Positions 48,633 through 59,101 of a stretch of 64,000 nucleotides of DNA are shown here, piece after piece (the stretch's first letter is position 1; each line of letters starts with the position of its first letter). Position numbers and translations under genes: made by a program. Under the pieces are notes generated by a model, which saw nothing but the letters and a program-made list of their open reading frames with translations, made no database searches and was not told where the DNA came from. The stretch is from positions 32,001 to 96,000 of IMG/VR virus record IMGVR_UViG_3300032286_000719; one strand, 5' to 3'. This DNA comes from a virus.

Positions 48633-49352
48633 TTAAAAAGGTGCATCAATGTCTACCCATAAGACAGTGTCACCATTGGTTTCATCTAATAATCTATTTA
48701 CTTTCTTAAACACACCTTCTGTGTCCCAATCTACTCCTTTGTAACTTGCAGATGCTGGATGTGACACTTCAAACACATGTGTGAATATACCTGTGTATTT
48801 TTTGTATCTAGCAGCATCTTTCCCAAGAAAGACAATTGGTACACCTAAGTGGTTTATAATTTCCTCAAACAGGTATTTGATAAATGGTTCCCATATTTCC
48901 ATATGAGATCCAGCTTTATCTTTCTCTGTTGTTAAAGCAGCATTAAGCATTAACACTCCTTGGTGAGCTAAGAAGCTTACATCTGGGTTCTCTATAATGT
49001 GTAAGTTCAATCCATCATAGAATTCCTTTTCCATAGCTCTATAGAATTGATCTAAGGAAGGTTGAACTTGTCCTGTTACAGAACATCCCATAAGTAATCC
49101 ATCTGCCACTGGAGCATCATTCTTAAATGTGTGATAAGGGCACATACCCACTAATACCACTTTAAGGTCATCTAATGGTGTCTCTAAGAAACATCTCCAA
49201 ACATGCATAGATATAGGAGCAACCTTCTTGCCTCTCTTACTCTCTGCTTTTAGAAATGCATAAATCTTATCACACTCTTCACTTTCTATGAATGGCTGCA
49301 ACCTTGCATGCCAACTAGGGTGAAACTTGTCTTTAAACGATTCCCATTTCAT
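48633..49352 (-). CDS. ung: Family-1 uracil-DNA glycosylase homologue with altered catalytic motif
   Basis: KVVLVGMCPYH (canonical GQDPYH); QPSL; QGVLMLNAALT...SH...W; FLGKDA; SHPAS. Confidence 0.8.
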   Translation of the reverse strand: MKWESFKDKFHPSWHARLQPFIESEECDKIYAFLKAESKRGKKVAPISMHVWRCFLETPLDDLKVVLVGMCPYHTFKNDAPVADGLLMGCSVTGQVQPSLDQFYRAMEKEFYDGLNLHIIENPDVSFLAHQGVLMLNAALTTEKDKAGSHMEIWEPFIKYLFEEIINHLGVPIVFLGKDAARYKKYTGIFTHVFEVSHPASASYKGVDWDTEGVFKKVNRLLDETNGDTVLWVDIDAPF

Positions 49353-49516
49353 AATAATAATGATATTTTTCTGTGAAAGAACTTAGTCAATATAGATTCT
49401 AAGTTCTCAATGCTTATGCATTGCACTTCTACACTAAAATCTGTAGTTTCTAACCATTCAACATTTTCTTTAATCTGTTCTTCGAGTATTTCTAACTCAT
49501 CATCTGTTGCTCTCAT
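49349..49516 (-). CDS. Small hypothetical protein (not in ORF track)
   Basis: 55-aa ORF MRATDDELEI..., stop overlaps the ung start. Confidence 0.5.
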   Translation of the reverse strand: MRATDDELEILEEQIKENVEWLETTDFSVEVQCISIENLESILTKFFHRKISLLL

Positions 49517-49660
49517 ATTAATTCTTTTTAAATATTTGTACCCATATATTTAACCAAGCAATTTGTATATCAATGCTTACATAGTGCTCTGCGTGTTTAG
49601 TGTTTTTAAACAATCTAAACATCACACCAAAATCAAACCAATCCCAAAAAAATGTTGTTC

Positions 49661-49936
49661 TCATAGTCCTTTTTCTTTTTTATAAATTTCTAATAATTCT
49701 TTTGTTGTTATCCATTTTCCTGAATCAAAATGATACCATTCATTTTTAGCTTCATGATAGCCTAATCTATTTTCTGTTTTGTTCATCCACTCTGTAAATT
49801 CTATAACATAATCATCTGCTATTTTTTCTTGTGAATCAATAACTTTATCAATGTTTTCGAATTTGATTCTTAAACATTCTGAATCATCGTGTGATTGGTT
49901 GTAAAGTCTTTCTTTAAACTTTTCTTTTAGTGTCAT
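49661..49936 (-). CDS. Small modular hypothetical protein
   Basis: DDYVIEF.EW and ELLEIYKKE motifs shared with 61287-61565. Confidence 0.6.
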   Translation of the reverse strand: MTLKEKFKERLYNQSHDDSECLRIKFENIDKVIDSQEKIADDYVIEFTEWMNKTENRLGYHEAKNEWYHFDSGKWITTKELLEIYKKEKGL

Positions 49937-50934
49937 ATTAATTCTTTTTGTGTTAAATATTGTTCAATAACTTTTAATCCATGTGCTTTGGCTAGATCAG
50001 CCCAATCTTTAATTCCTTCATCTAGATAGATTCTTGGTACATTACAATACTCAAATCCAAACTTATCAGTTATCATTTGAGAATTCTTTACACCAGTCTC
50101 ATCACTATCGAAGCTCAATATCTGTCTGTCTGAGTTCTCTTTGATGTATTCAACATTCTCTTCAGAGAAACATCCAAGACCTTCATTTTGAACTGCACAA
50201 CAACATGGAAATACTTTTTTCATCACCATGTAATCCTTCTTACTCTTATTGATAAACGCAACATCACAATCTCTTATGTCGTCTAGTCCATCCATCATAG
50301 TGATAGGTACATTATTTGGCATCCACTTATTCTTCTTGTCAGCAAATGGTCTGTAGATCTTCCAATGGCCTTCATATAGATAACCAAACCTCAACTCTGT
50401 ATCTTTTAAAGGAAACTTCTTCTTGTTAAGGTATAGTGTGTCTATTGAATATACATTGTTAGCTCTCAGATCATCTATGTCCTGATAATACCCATTCCAA
50501 TAAGCTAGTTCTTCGTGTGTAAACTTTCTAGGTTTAACCTGAATGAAATACTCACGCTTAGATGTGGCTGTTGGTTGTGTATAATTAGAGACAATCCTCT
50601 CATAATTTCTTGTAGAGGATCCTGTGACAATCCCTAGATCAAAATCCTTATCAATCATCAACATTGCTTCACGCAATGATATATTGAATAGCATCATAAC
50701 GAAATCAAAGCATCCACCTTTTCTACTGGAGTCTCCAAAATCACAATATCTCAATGTTCCTCCTCTATATCCTATAATGAATGATGGATTCTTTTCATTT
50801 CTAAAGGGAGAATAAGTAACTACATTAATTTTCCAATTCTGATGTGGCATATACATCTTATAGATATCATAATCAGATATCTTTTCTAGTATGCTATCAG
50901 GTGTCAAGTTTATTCTTTTTCTTCCTCGTATCAT
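49933..50934 (-). CDS. DNA primase (crAss-type, TOPRIM)
   Basis: SPFR.EKNPSF...DFG...G.CFDFV; KS.KD..V; FDSDETG; KDWAD. Confidence 0.85.
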   Translation of the reverse strand: MIRGRKRINLTPDSILEKISDYDIYKMYMPHQNWKINVVTYSPFRNEKNPSFIIGYRGGTLRYCDFGDSSRKGGCFDFVMMLFNISLREAMLMIDKDFDLGIVTGSSTRNYERIVSNYTQPTATSKREYFIQVKPRKFTHEELAYWNGYYQDIDDLRANNVYSIDTLYLNKKKFPLKDTELRFGYLYEGHWKIYRPFADKKNKWMPNNVPITMMDGLDDIRDCDVAFINKSKKDYMVMKKVFPCCCAVQNEGLGCFSEENVEYIKENSDRQILSFDSDETGVKNSQMITDKFGFEYCNVPRIYLDEGIKDWADLAKAHGLKVIEQYLTQKELI

Positions 50935-50945
50935 ATAGCTCTAAA

Positions 50946-50976
50946 ATAAAAACCCCCACATTTCTGTGAGGGCTCT
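50946..50976 (-). terminator. Intrinsic terminator
   Basis: Minus strand GCCCTCACA-GAAA-TGTGGGGG followed by TTTTTATTTT. Confidence 0.65.
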
Positions 50977-50994
50977 CATTAACAATTAATTGAA

Positions 50995-51867
50995 TTAATA
51001 ATCGTCACCATCATCAGAAATATATGCATCAGAGGCAACCAAGTTATCATCTGGATTATAATCCTGAATTTCTTTGAATGTGTAATAGTCTTTACAACCA
51101 TATTCACCTATAACGTTCATAACAAACTTCTCATGAGCTTTCAAATCACGAGGTTTCTTATTCTTAAGAGTATCTTGTGTCTTTTTGTTTCCATAATCAA
51201 CAAGTCTGAATTGTTTCAAAGCATATCCACCTACAAAAGCTTTGTTGTAGATACCTTGATATTCTTTAGACTCTCCATCTCTCTCTTTAACTATTACAGT
51301 GGCAAGAGCAACAACAGATTTAGCCCATTCACCATCGATTTGGTCTTTAAGGTCTTTTACATTACCTCTCATCAACTTCTTCCATTCTATCTGAAGAACA
51401 GTGTCTGCATCACGATAATCAAGATCAGCTAACCATACACGCATGAAGTTGTAAAGATCTTCTTCACCTGTATATGCTATTCTGAAATCTCTTCCTTTGG
51501 TAAACCATTCAGCAAGATCATTCTCATCAGCTGCCCAAGAACACATACCAACAGAATTGATATATTGATGCTTGGTACCATCTTTGTTTTCTCTTTCTTT
51601 ATCTTCTAAGAAGAATGACACTTTGTACTTTTCATCATTGTTCACTCTTTGTAACCAGAAATCAACACGTAGATAGTTGTTTCCATCCTTAGTCTCACCT
51701 AAATACTCAGCAGCTTTGCTGTCTTCTTTAAGATCCATTCCAAGGACATCTTTAAACTCTTCCAATGTTGGATTGATTGCAATCACATTTGCCTCAAACA
51801 AACCCACTTTCTTTGAAAAATCTCCACCACCTGTGTTTTCTCTTTTCTTTCCTCCAATACTACTCAT
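50995..51867 (-). CDS. Putative single-stranded DNA-binding protein
   Basis: 290 aa; V.AINPT.EE motif; acidic tail ending DDGDDY; between AAA ATPase and primase. Confidence 0.55.
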   Translation of the reverse strand: MSSIGGKKRENTGGGDFSKKVGLFEANVIAINPTLEEFKDVLGMDLKEDSKAAEYLGETKDGNNYLRVDFWLQRVNNDEKYKVSFFLEDKERENKDGTKHQYINSVGMCSWAADENDLAEWFTKGRDFRIAYTGEEDLYNFMRVWLADLDYRDADTVLQIEWKKLMRGNVKDLKDQIDGEWAKSVVALATVIVKERDGESKEYQGIYNKAFVGGYALKQFRLVDYGNKKTQDTLKNKKPRDLKAHEKFVMNVIGEYGCKDYYTFKEIQDYNPDDNLVASDAYISDDGDDY

Positions 51868-52025
51868 AATTCTAATTTATTTATTAAACAATTTTTTAGC
51901 TTCTTCAGGGTTTTCTTCTTGCCATTTTTTTGATTTTTCTTCATCAAAACCTTCCATTAATTCTACAGCATTGTAGATTACTTTTTTTTCTTTTTGTTCT
52001 TTTTTTTCTTCCATTTTAATTTAAT

Positions 52026-52697
52026 TTAGTTATAATAATCATTTAATGTATCTACCACCAACTGTAAGTTGTTTGGTATTTTTGTTTCTGTAAACATTCC
52101 ATCAGGACTTTTAGCTGGAATCTTTTTATAACGATTTGTTACAAATTCATAATTTACACTTCCATCTTTATTCTCTTCTACATTAGTGTATAACACCACT
52201 GTAAATAATCCTTCAAGATTGATTTGGTTATCAATAAGTTTACCTGATGTTTTCATCTTATATCCTATAATATCTCCACCATCTTCAATAGTGTCTGGAT
52301 GAGAAAAATAGAAAACAGTCAAATCATCTCTTAAATGTCTAGCAGTTTTAATCATTGCAACAGTGTCTCTAGCCATAACACTGAACTTTTCATAACCTTT
52401 TTCCATTGCTTTATCAAGCATTGTAAAACCCATTACATAATTTGAGTCTTCAAGAATGATATTCTTAATGTGAGGAGCTTTTTCTGAGATGGTTCTTAAC
52501 AAACGAGTGATCTCATTTGCATCATCTATCTCTTTGTAATTCTTGTTTTCTACATTGTAAAGTTTTTCAGATCCCTTGAATGGGAGCTCTTTCTTTGCAA
52601 CGTTGATAATGTACGTTTCTTCTGGATTTAAGTGTTTAATACTGGTTGATTTACCTGTACCTGTTGCACCAACAATCCCTACTAATTTACTTGCCAT
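52026..52697 (-). CDS. AAA_24/Sak4-like P-loop ATPase
   Basis: GATGTGKSTS; ILEDSNY; KTSGKLID...EGLFTVVL; AKSP.GMF. Confidence 0.8.
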   Translation of the reverse strand: MASKLVGIVGATGTGKSTSIKHLNPEETYIINVAKKELPFKGSEKLYNVENKNYKEIDDANEITRLLRTISEKAPHIKNIILEDSNYVMGFTMLDKAMEKGYEKFSVMARDTVAMIKTARHLRDDLTVFYFSHPDTIEDGGDIIGYKMKTSGKLIDNQINLEGLFTVVLYTNVEENKDGSVNYEFVTNRYKKIPAKSPDGMFTETKIPNNLQLVVDTLNDYYN

Positions 52698-52743
52698 TGT
52701 TTACTTGCTTTAATTATTAATATTTAGTTTAATTTATACTCTA

Positions 52744-52751
52744 TAAAGATA
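52744..52751 (-). promoter_or_regulatory. Putative promoter element TATCTTTA
   Basis: TAnnTTTA variant in an intergenic gap. Confidence 0.35.
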
Positions 52752-52767
52752 CGAATAATTATTTTAA

Positions 52768-53850
52768 TTATAGGTATTTTATCTTGTTTTTATCAAAGAA
52801 TTCTAGTGCTTTGTTCAACCATTTTTGCTCTACAGATTCGTCAGAACTGATGATATAGATGTGAGCTTTCTTATCAGGAGTGTTATACTCCATAGCCATA
52901 CATCTATTGATCTTCTGTGCTAAGTTCTCTGCATTACTATCAAAATAGTTGATAATCACCTTGTCTAGTGGTTTGTATGTCACGCCTGTATTACCAATCT
53001 TTACAACAGCTAAGTGATTACCTTCTCCTTCAGCAAATTCTTCAAACAGTCTTTTCTCACTAGATTTACTGTGATAGGAAGGAATGCCAAGATTGTCTGC
53101 TATAGCAGTGGTACCACAGAAAACTAAGACTCTCTCATCTTTATGTGCAGCCAAAAGTCGCTTTGTAGCATTACTTTTGGCTAGGGATGATTGAATGATA
53201 CGCATTCTGGCCAGACGTAAGAACATAGCATTACCACCTTCTCTGTCCATCTTATTGATAACCCATGTAAGATCATCAAACTGTTTCTTTTCAGTTTTAT
53301 CTTTACTCTTATACTCTTGTAATGTCTTTGTATCTAAAGGCACTCTAATCACATTGATTTCATAATCTACAATAACTCCCTCTTCAATTGCTTTTTCAAT
53401 TGGATAGGTTGCTATTACATGAATATCTAATTCTTCTTCAAGGGTTCTTTCTGTCCAACTGGATAATGTTCCAGTTAGACCAAGAATCTGTCCATTAACA
53501 TCGAACAGGTCCTTACACACTTCTATTTGAGCCTCGCTCAGTAAGTGTATCTCATCTATGATGACAACATCAAAGCTCTGATCAGCATACTTCTTTAAAG
53601 ACAAATGGGTTGTATATGTGACAATACTGTCATCAAACCCAAGTTCTTCAAAATCAGCTTGCCAAGACTCTTTAATCTTATTATCTGGATAAGCAATAAG
53701 AATGCTTTCAGGCTTAAGCTTATTCAATGCATGTATACTAGTTCTAATCTTTCCAAACCTTGGACATAGATTTAGTATTCCATACATTCCATGCTTTAGC
53801 CATACATCAGCAAACTCTTTTTGCCTGATATCACGTATACTTTGTTTCAT
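52768..53850 (-). CDS. Superfamily 2 helicase-like protein
   Basis: CPRFGKI (Walker A variant); IIDEIH; GLTGT; VLVFC; QKINR. Confidence 0.75.
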   Translation of the reverse strand: MKQSIRDIRQKEFADVWLKHGMYGILNLCPRFGKIRTSIHALNKLKPESILIAYPDNKIKESWQADFEELGFDDSIVTYTTHLSLKKYADQSFDVVIIDEIHLLSEAQIEVCKDLFDVNGQILGLTGTLSSWTERTLEEELDIHVIATYPIEKAIEEGVIVDYEINVIRVPLDTKTLQEYKSKDKTEKKQFDDLTWVINKMDREGGNAMFLRLARMRIIQSSLAKSNATKRLLAAHKDERVLVFCGTTAIADNLGIPSYHSKSSEKRLFEEFAEGEGNHLAVVKIGNTGVTYKPLDKVIINYFDSNAENLAQKINRCMAMEYNTPDKKAHIYIISSDESVEQKWLNKALEFFDKNKIKYL

Positions 53851-53948
53851 ATTGTCATTTGTTTGCTTTTTCTATTAAATAATACCATAACCAAATTACC
53901 TTGGGTCTTATGAATTCATAAGCTGCCCATATCAATATATATTTCATT

Positions 53949-55013
53949 TTACCTAAGAAAGAAACTTTTATTTGTAATAGCTTCATAGTCTGATTCAGTA
54001 ATGTCTTTTTTACGAGGCATCTCACCAAACATTCCTATTTCTCCTAAAAATGCAAGACCTATTCTTACGTCGTCTGCACCATAGCTATTTTTTATTACTC
54101 TTAAACTTCTGAAATACTTTGCTCCAAAGGAGTCTACTAGTTTGTCTAAGTTATATCCAGAGGGATCTGCCACCTTGTATCTAATAGGATCAAACAGGCC
54201 CATAACAACATCAGCATCGTTCTGTGTTGATGAACTGTCTGCAAAATCCTCTAGTTGAGGTTCTACATCTCCATTCTTTATCCTGGTAGGATTGGATATA
54301 CTTCTATTGAACTGACTAACAACAACAGGACTATGGCCATAAAAGTCTCTAGCATATCTGAGTTCATCAGACATTTTATCTATAGCATCTTTCTTGGTTG
54401 GTTGTGTTGTGGTTGTCTTTAATAGTCCAATATGGTCAATTACATCAAGGGTGATTTCATTTGGATCATCTGGAACATATATTTTATTATACTCATCCAT
54501 CTGTTCTATCTTACCTCTTTGAAGAGCATAAGCTTTCAGCTCTTTGGCTATACCTACAGGATTCTCTGGTCCATCGATTAACGTAACCACTTCACACAAC
54601 TCATTCATGTAGTCTTTGTAGTGTAAATACAGGTCATGCTGATCTTTGGTCATTGTCTCTTTCCAACCCAATAGTGTACCTACAGGAATCAGTATTCCTT
54701 GGTCTATAAAGATCTTACGTGACATCCATTTAGCCATTTTATAGGCTCTACTTCTCTCCATAGATCTATACCAAACCTTCACCTTGATTCCTGAAGCCTG
54801 TCCTTCTTTAGAAAGGGCCCAATCAACAGGATTAAGAACAAATGCATCATCAATAAAGCTTGTCTTACCTGAACCAGTGTTACCACCTATCAAATAATAC
54901 ATTCCTTTACGAATACCTACGTAGTTAGTAAGTCTATCAAAACCCATAGGGATTCCTTTATTCTTACCAGATAGGCCTTTGTTCACTTCTGCATCTAATA
55001 TGTCAAAACTCAT
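53949..55013 (-). CDS. DnaB-like replicative helicase
   Basis: GIPMGF..L; GGNTGSGKT; SMER; IDHIGLL; VSQFNR; DADVV; KNSYG. Confidence 0.85.
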   Translation of the reverse strand: MSFDILDAEVNKGLSGKNKGIPMGFDRLTNYVGIRKGMYYLIGGNTGSGKTSFIDDAFVLNPVDWALSKEGQASGIKVKVWYRSMERSRAYKMAKWMSRKIFIDQGILIPVGTLLGWKETMTKDQHDLYLHYKDYMNELCEVVTLIDGPENPVGIAKELKAYALQRGKIEQMDEYNKIYVPDDPNEITLDVIDHIGLLKTTTTQPTKKDAIDKMSDELRYARDFYGHSPVVVSQFNRSISNPTRIKNGDVEPQLEDFADSSSTQNDADVVMGLFDPIRYKVADPSGYNLDKLVDSFGAKYFRSLRVIKNSYGADDVRIGLAFLGEIGMFGEMPRKKDITESDYEAITNKSFFLR

Positions 55014-55207
55014 AATAGCTCTATTTCTTGTTTAACTTCTAACCAAAATGGTTTCATCACTTGATAACAGTGTTCTAATATTTCATCAACTGCTATTAAT
55101 GCATTTGCTTCTGCTAATAATTGAGAATGACTCTCTCCTAATTCTATACTTCTATTTTTAAACTTTTCAACTAACTCTTTTGCTTTTTCTTTTGGTGTCA
55201 TAGCCAT
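55010..55207 (-). CDS. Small hypothetical protein (MTPKEKA type)
   Basis: TPKEKAKEL...ALIAVDEIL...W.EVKQEI. Confidence 0.6.
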   Translation of the reverse strand: MAMTPKEKAKELVEKFKNRSIELGESHSQLLAEANALIAVDEILEHCYQVMKPFWLEVKQEIELL

Positions 55208-55830
55208 TTCTTTTTTAGTATTAAATCATAATAATTTATTGTTTCTTTTGTACCATCACTATTATGACTTGTCCAAGTCTGTGGTGCTTCTTTTCTACAT
55301 TTTGCAATTCTTTCTGCTGTAGTGCCTTTTGTTTCTCTAGTATAATACAACCAAGATTCCCAGTAATGGTCTAAGTGTGGAGCTACAAATGTTACAGCTA
55401 TCTGCCATTTAAAAAATACAAAAGAAATCATTGGACTCCATTCAAATCTATAATCATCATATTTTGTTTTCCATCCCAGTCTAACAAAATCAAATCCTAT
55501 CTTTTTAGGAACAGCATAGGAATAACTTTTTTTTTCCTCGTAGAGTTCACTATAAGACTTTATAGTTCTTGCGTGATTAGGATTGAGTTCATTATATCTT
55601 TTCTCTCTTTCTATATGTTTTAAAACAGCATCATTAATTAATTTAGGTGTACCTTTCACCCATTTTCTAGGAAAGAAATAAGGCGTACCTAATGCAATCT
55701 TACCACAATAAAAATTTAACTTCAAAGGCTTAAATGGAGAACTATATGTTCTCAAAAAGCTAAAGTCATTTATAAAGTACTTTATTCTATTTTTTAGTGT
55801 CATAATCCTTTTTCTTTTAAATGTTTCCAT
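55198..55830 (-). CDS. Hypothetical protein
   Basis: 210 aa, aromatic-rich; LGWKTKYDDYRFEW. Confidence 0.6.
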   Translation of the reverse strand: METFKRKRIMTLKNRIKYFINDFSFLRTYSSPFKPLKLNFYCGKIALGTPYFFPRKWVKGTPKLINDAVLKHIEREKRYNELNPNHARTIKSYSELYEEKKSYSYAVPKKIGFDFVRLGWKTKYDDYRFEWSPMISFVFFKWQIAVTFVAPHLDHYWESWLYYTRETKGTTAERIAKCRKEAPQTWTSHNSDGTKETINYYDLILKKKWL

Positions 55831-55833
55831 AAT

Positions 55834-56463
55834 CTAAATATCAGTACCTCCTTTTGGTTTTTGTTGAGATTCATTGATCTGTTCTCCTGAGTTAATTAAT
55901 TCAATATAGGGCTCAAATGCTCTTTGATTCAGATAGGTGACACTATTTTGCATGAATGTCATTCTATTACTGCTAGTTTGTAGAGAAGATTCTTTCTTCT
56001 GTAAGATTTCGAAATTCAAAGCAGCTATAAGCTGTTGAGCTGTATATTCTCCTTCTATTATTATCTTATCAAACTTCAGTCTGCATTCATCTTTACCCTT
56101 TCTAATAGCTCTGGTACCTGTAAACTTCTTACCCTTGTAGTCAAAAGAATCAGTGCCTGGATATATCTTCCACCATTCTTCAAAATCTGTTGTAGCAGGT
56201 CTTCTCTTTATAATTTTAGCACTGCCTTTGATGTTTAAGAATTCAAGTAGATCTCTACCTAATGTTGTGAGCTTGTCATCATTCTCTGTTATCAACCCTT
56301 TTCTTATTAGAGCTTGATAGACAGCAGCAATTCTCATACTTCCCTCACATAGTGGAGAAACATCATATTGCTCGTCTATCAGCTTCAATAAATATAAAAT
56401 GTCTAGGTTATAACTTCGTTTGATGAGCTCTTCGAATTGTTCTGGTGATACAATTAGTTTCAT
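55834..56463 (-). CDS. Putative replication initiator / helicase-loader protein
   Basis: wHTH-like N-terminus; FEEWWKIYP...YLNQRAFE motif typical of phage replication proteins; upstream of DnaB. Confidence 0.55.
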   Translation of the reverse strand: MKLIVSPEQFEELIKRSYNLDILYLLKLIDEQYDVSPLCEGSMRIAAVYQALIRKGLITENDDKLTTLGRDLLEFLNIKGSAKIIKRRPATTDFEEWWKIYPGTDSFDYKGKKFTGTRAIRKGKDECRLKFDKIIIEGEYTAQQLIAALNFEILQKKESSLQTSSNRMTFMQNSVTYLNQRAFEPYIELINSGEQINESQQKPKGGTDI

Positions 56464-56623
56464 CTGTTGTTATAGGTGTTAAAACTTGTATAATTGCAGG
56501 CAAACGCTTCTTGCGATCCTGCTCTTCCTCCCATTGATACATTGCTGCCTCAATATCTTTCTGTCTCTCCATGGCATATATCTCATCACTGGGATAATCC
56601 CAATCCTCCAATATCCAATCCAT
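56408..56623 (-). CDS. Hypothetical protein
   Basis: 71-aa ORF. Confidence 0.5.
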   Translation of the reverse strand: MDWILEDWDYPSDEIYAMERQKDIEAAMYQWEEEQDRKKRLPAIIQVLTPITTDETNCITRTIRRAHQTKL

Positions 56624-56877
56624 TATTCAGATTTTTTAGTTCTTTTCTTGTAATATTTTTTCTTCTTAGGAGCTATTGCTTTTTCAGTAGAAACAGGTGT
56701 TACATCTTCTTTGATTGGAGGAATAGAAGATGGTGTAGAAAGATCAACCACTTTCCTAGGTTGAAACTTAATAACAGGAACATCTTCTTCTATTTCTTGT
56801 GCATTTTTACTAAAAATGTACAAAGCAATCATTGTTACAACAGCGATTACTGGCAAAATAATAAATAAATAATTCAT
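56623..56877 (-). CDS. Small membrane protein
   Basis: N-terminal TM helix, basic C-terminus. Confidence 0.55.
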   Translation of the reverse strand: MNYLFIILPVIAVVTMIALYIFSKNAQEIEEDVPVIKFQPRKVVDLSTPSSIPPIKEDVTPVSTEKAIAPKKKKYYKKRTKKSE

Positions 56878-56882
56878 ACTTG

Positions 56883-57140
56883 TTAGGATTTAATGCGAAG
56901 ACCAAATTGTAGGTCAAACCAACTGAATGTATCTTCAGCCTTCGCTTTGTTAAATTTAAAAATTTTCTTTAATAGAGGAATAGCATAACGCTTAAACTCC
57001 TCATGTTGTGCTGGTGTCATGGTCCAATTGAAGTACCACATGTCATCATCTAATGTGTCCACCATTCTTTTACCAACCATATCAAGTTGATACTCGATTA
57101 AATGTCTGGTAATGTTTGCTCTGTTTACTTTTGCTTTCAT
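56883..57140 (-). CDS. Hypothetical protein
   Basis: 85 aa; WFDLQFGL. Confidence 0.55.
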   Translation of the reverse strand: MKAKVNRANITRHLIEYQLDMVGKRMVDTLDDDMWYFNWTMTPAQHEEFKRYAIPLLKKIFKFNKAKAEDTFSWFDLQFGLRIKS

Positions 57141-59101
57141 TAGAAAAGATTTAATTGATTAGGAATAAAAACTGTCTTGATACGTTTACCTTCAGTCTCT
57201 ATCTTCGTGATGATTCTGTTGGCTTTCTCAATATAGTAATCATAATTGACATTGTCAACCTTACTACCTTTTGGTAGATAATTACAAACTTCACATACCC
57301 AATCACCAGCTTCCACTTGACTAATAGCTGCAGCTCTGGTTTGACATTCAGGGTTTTTCACCTTAAATATCTTATCACCAGTGTTAGATACATAATACCT
57401 AATTAGCTTGTTGTAAACAGTTTTTTGTCCTGTAGCTCTATTAGTTCCTTCATAATGGAAACTTCTACTAGCTTTCTGTCTTATACAAAAATCATAGAGG
57501 TTAGTATGGGCTCGTATAGTTTCTTCAACAGGTACACCATCAACAAAATAACGCTCAAGAGCAATAGGAACAATCCTAGCTGATTTATTCTTGTGTAACT
57601 CAAAGTCAGTAAGGAAATCACCTTTCTTTTTAATTTCTCCATTAGTCATAATTGCTAAGTAATCATTCACAGTACTAAAGATAATCTTGGAATAGTCAGT
57701 TCTTTCTAACTCATATTGAGTCATGCTACACCACCATTCATTAAGCTTATGCATCAAAGGAATCTTGTCTTTCTTAATCCTTATAGTTACACCATCTGTA
57801 TTTGCAGAGATCACCTGTATGCCATTCAATTCGTATTGTTCGATAAGCATCATTAGACTAAGCTCACCAGTTATAGTGGTGAACATAGTTAACTGCCTAT
57901 CAAATATCCATGATAGCATATCAGATGACTTACCATACACAGAGTTAACTGCAAGTTTAAGTGCTCCAACAATTCCTTTAATCTTCTTATCGCTCTTTGC
58001 AAGGGGTTTTAGCTCCAATCTCTTATCAAACATCTGTTTGTATCCCCTAAGGAATTCCTTTCCTAAATGAGCAGGAAAACGACCATTGTTGATAATAATA
58101 GCTGGATAGTAAGAACTAACATCCCAATCGATTATCTCGTACTCTTCATCAGCTTCAAACACCTTAGGTGCATTCTCTGTATGAAGACCACCTTTCATAA
58201 AAGAATATACATTCCCATAGAAATGTAATTCTTCTTTGAAATCATCTTGAAGACCCAATTGAGCCTTCTTTATTCTTTTTAAGAAATCACTAAGTTCTGT
58301 TGTCTCAAATATAACATACTTAGCAATGCAATCTTTTAAGTATATATTCTTTCTGAAAAACCCTTTTCGAGGAAGTTCCTTATACTCAATACCTTTCTCT
58401 TGGCAATAGAACTTCTTGATTATTTCATCACCTATCTTACTGTCTGAATAGTTCAAACAAGGAATACCAAACTCAGCTTCAATGTCTTGTCTCAGCTCTA
58501 TTTGATTGTTTCCTTTGTATAAGGGATGATCAGTGTCACCCATAGTGACTTTATAAAACTCATAAGTTGCATCCACATCATTGTAACAATAGTCTATAGT
58601 GAGATCTACATCTTCTTTAGTCATGTTTGTTTTACTGTGATGTATAGGCATTTCTTCAATATTCTCTAAGTCCATTTCAAACTCTAGTCTTTTTAGAGAG
58701 ACCATACGATTCTTATTATCGTAGTGATTTATCTTGAACAGATCTATTTGTTTGAGACTTAGTTCATGTTCTCTGTATTCAGGGAATACATCATAATTAG
58801 CATCATGAATAGTATCTGCAGCCTTCTGTGCTATCTTAGCACATATTTCTAGATTAGTTAGTTCATGCCACTGATCGTAGTTTCTAAGAATCCATTCAAC
58901 AACCTGACTGTCAAAGCGTAGATTATTATAACCTACCCAATAAGCATCAGAGTTGTCTTCTGTATATCTAACAAAGCTATCTAGTTGATTCTTCCACTTA
59001 GATACTTGAAAGCTCTTACCAGCTTTACCAGGCACCATACACACTATTAAGAATAGTTCTTGCATGGTTTCTATGTCGTAACATATTACGTTTTCTTTCA
59101 T
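57140..59101 (-). CDS. Family B DNA polymerase
   Basis: Exo motifs YDIET, GYNNLRFD, YCYNDV; polymerase motifs DVSSYYP, KLAVNSVYG, ANTDG. Confidence 0.92.
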   Translation of the reverse strand: MKENVICYDIETMQELFLIVCMVPGKAGKSFQVSKWKNQLDSFVRYTEDNSDAYWVGYNNLRFDSQVVEWILRNYDQWHELTNLEICAKIAQKAADTIHDANYDVFPEYREHELSLKQIDLFKINHYDNKNRMVSLKRLEFEMDLENIEEMPIHHSKTNMTKEDVDLTIDYCYNDVDATYEFYKVTMGDTDHPLYKGNNQIELRQDIEAEFGIPCLNYSDSKIGDEIIKKFYCQEKGIEYKELPRKGFFRKNIYLKDCIAKYVIFETTELSDFLKRIKKAQLGLQDDFKEELHFYGNVYSFMKGGLHTENAPKVFEADEEYEIIDWDVSSYYPAIIINNGRFPAHLGKEFLRGYKQMFDKRLELKPLAKSDKKIKGIVGALKLAVNSVYGKSSDMLSWIFDRQLTMFTTITGELSLMMLIEQYELNGIQVISANTDGVTIRIKKDKIPLMHKLNEWWCSMTQYELERTDYSKIIFSTVNDYLAIMTNGEIKKKGDFLTDFELHKNKSARIVPIALERYFVDGVPVEETIRAHTNLYDFCIRQKASRSFHYEGTNRATGQKTVYNKLIRYYVSNTGDKIFKVKNPECQTRAAAISQVEAGDWVCEVCNYLPKGSKVDNVNYDYYIEKANRIITKIETEGKRIKTVFIPNQLNLF

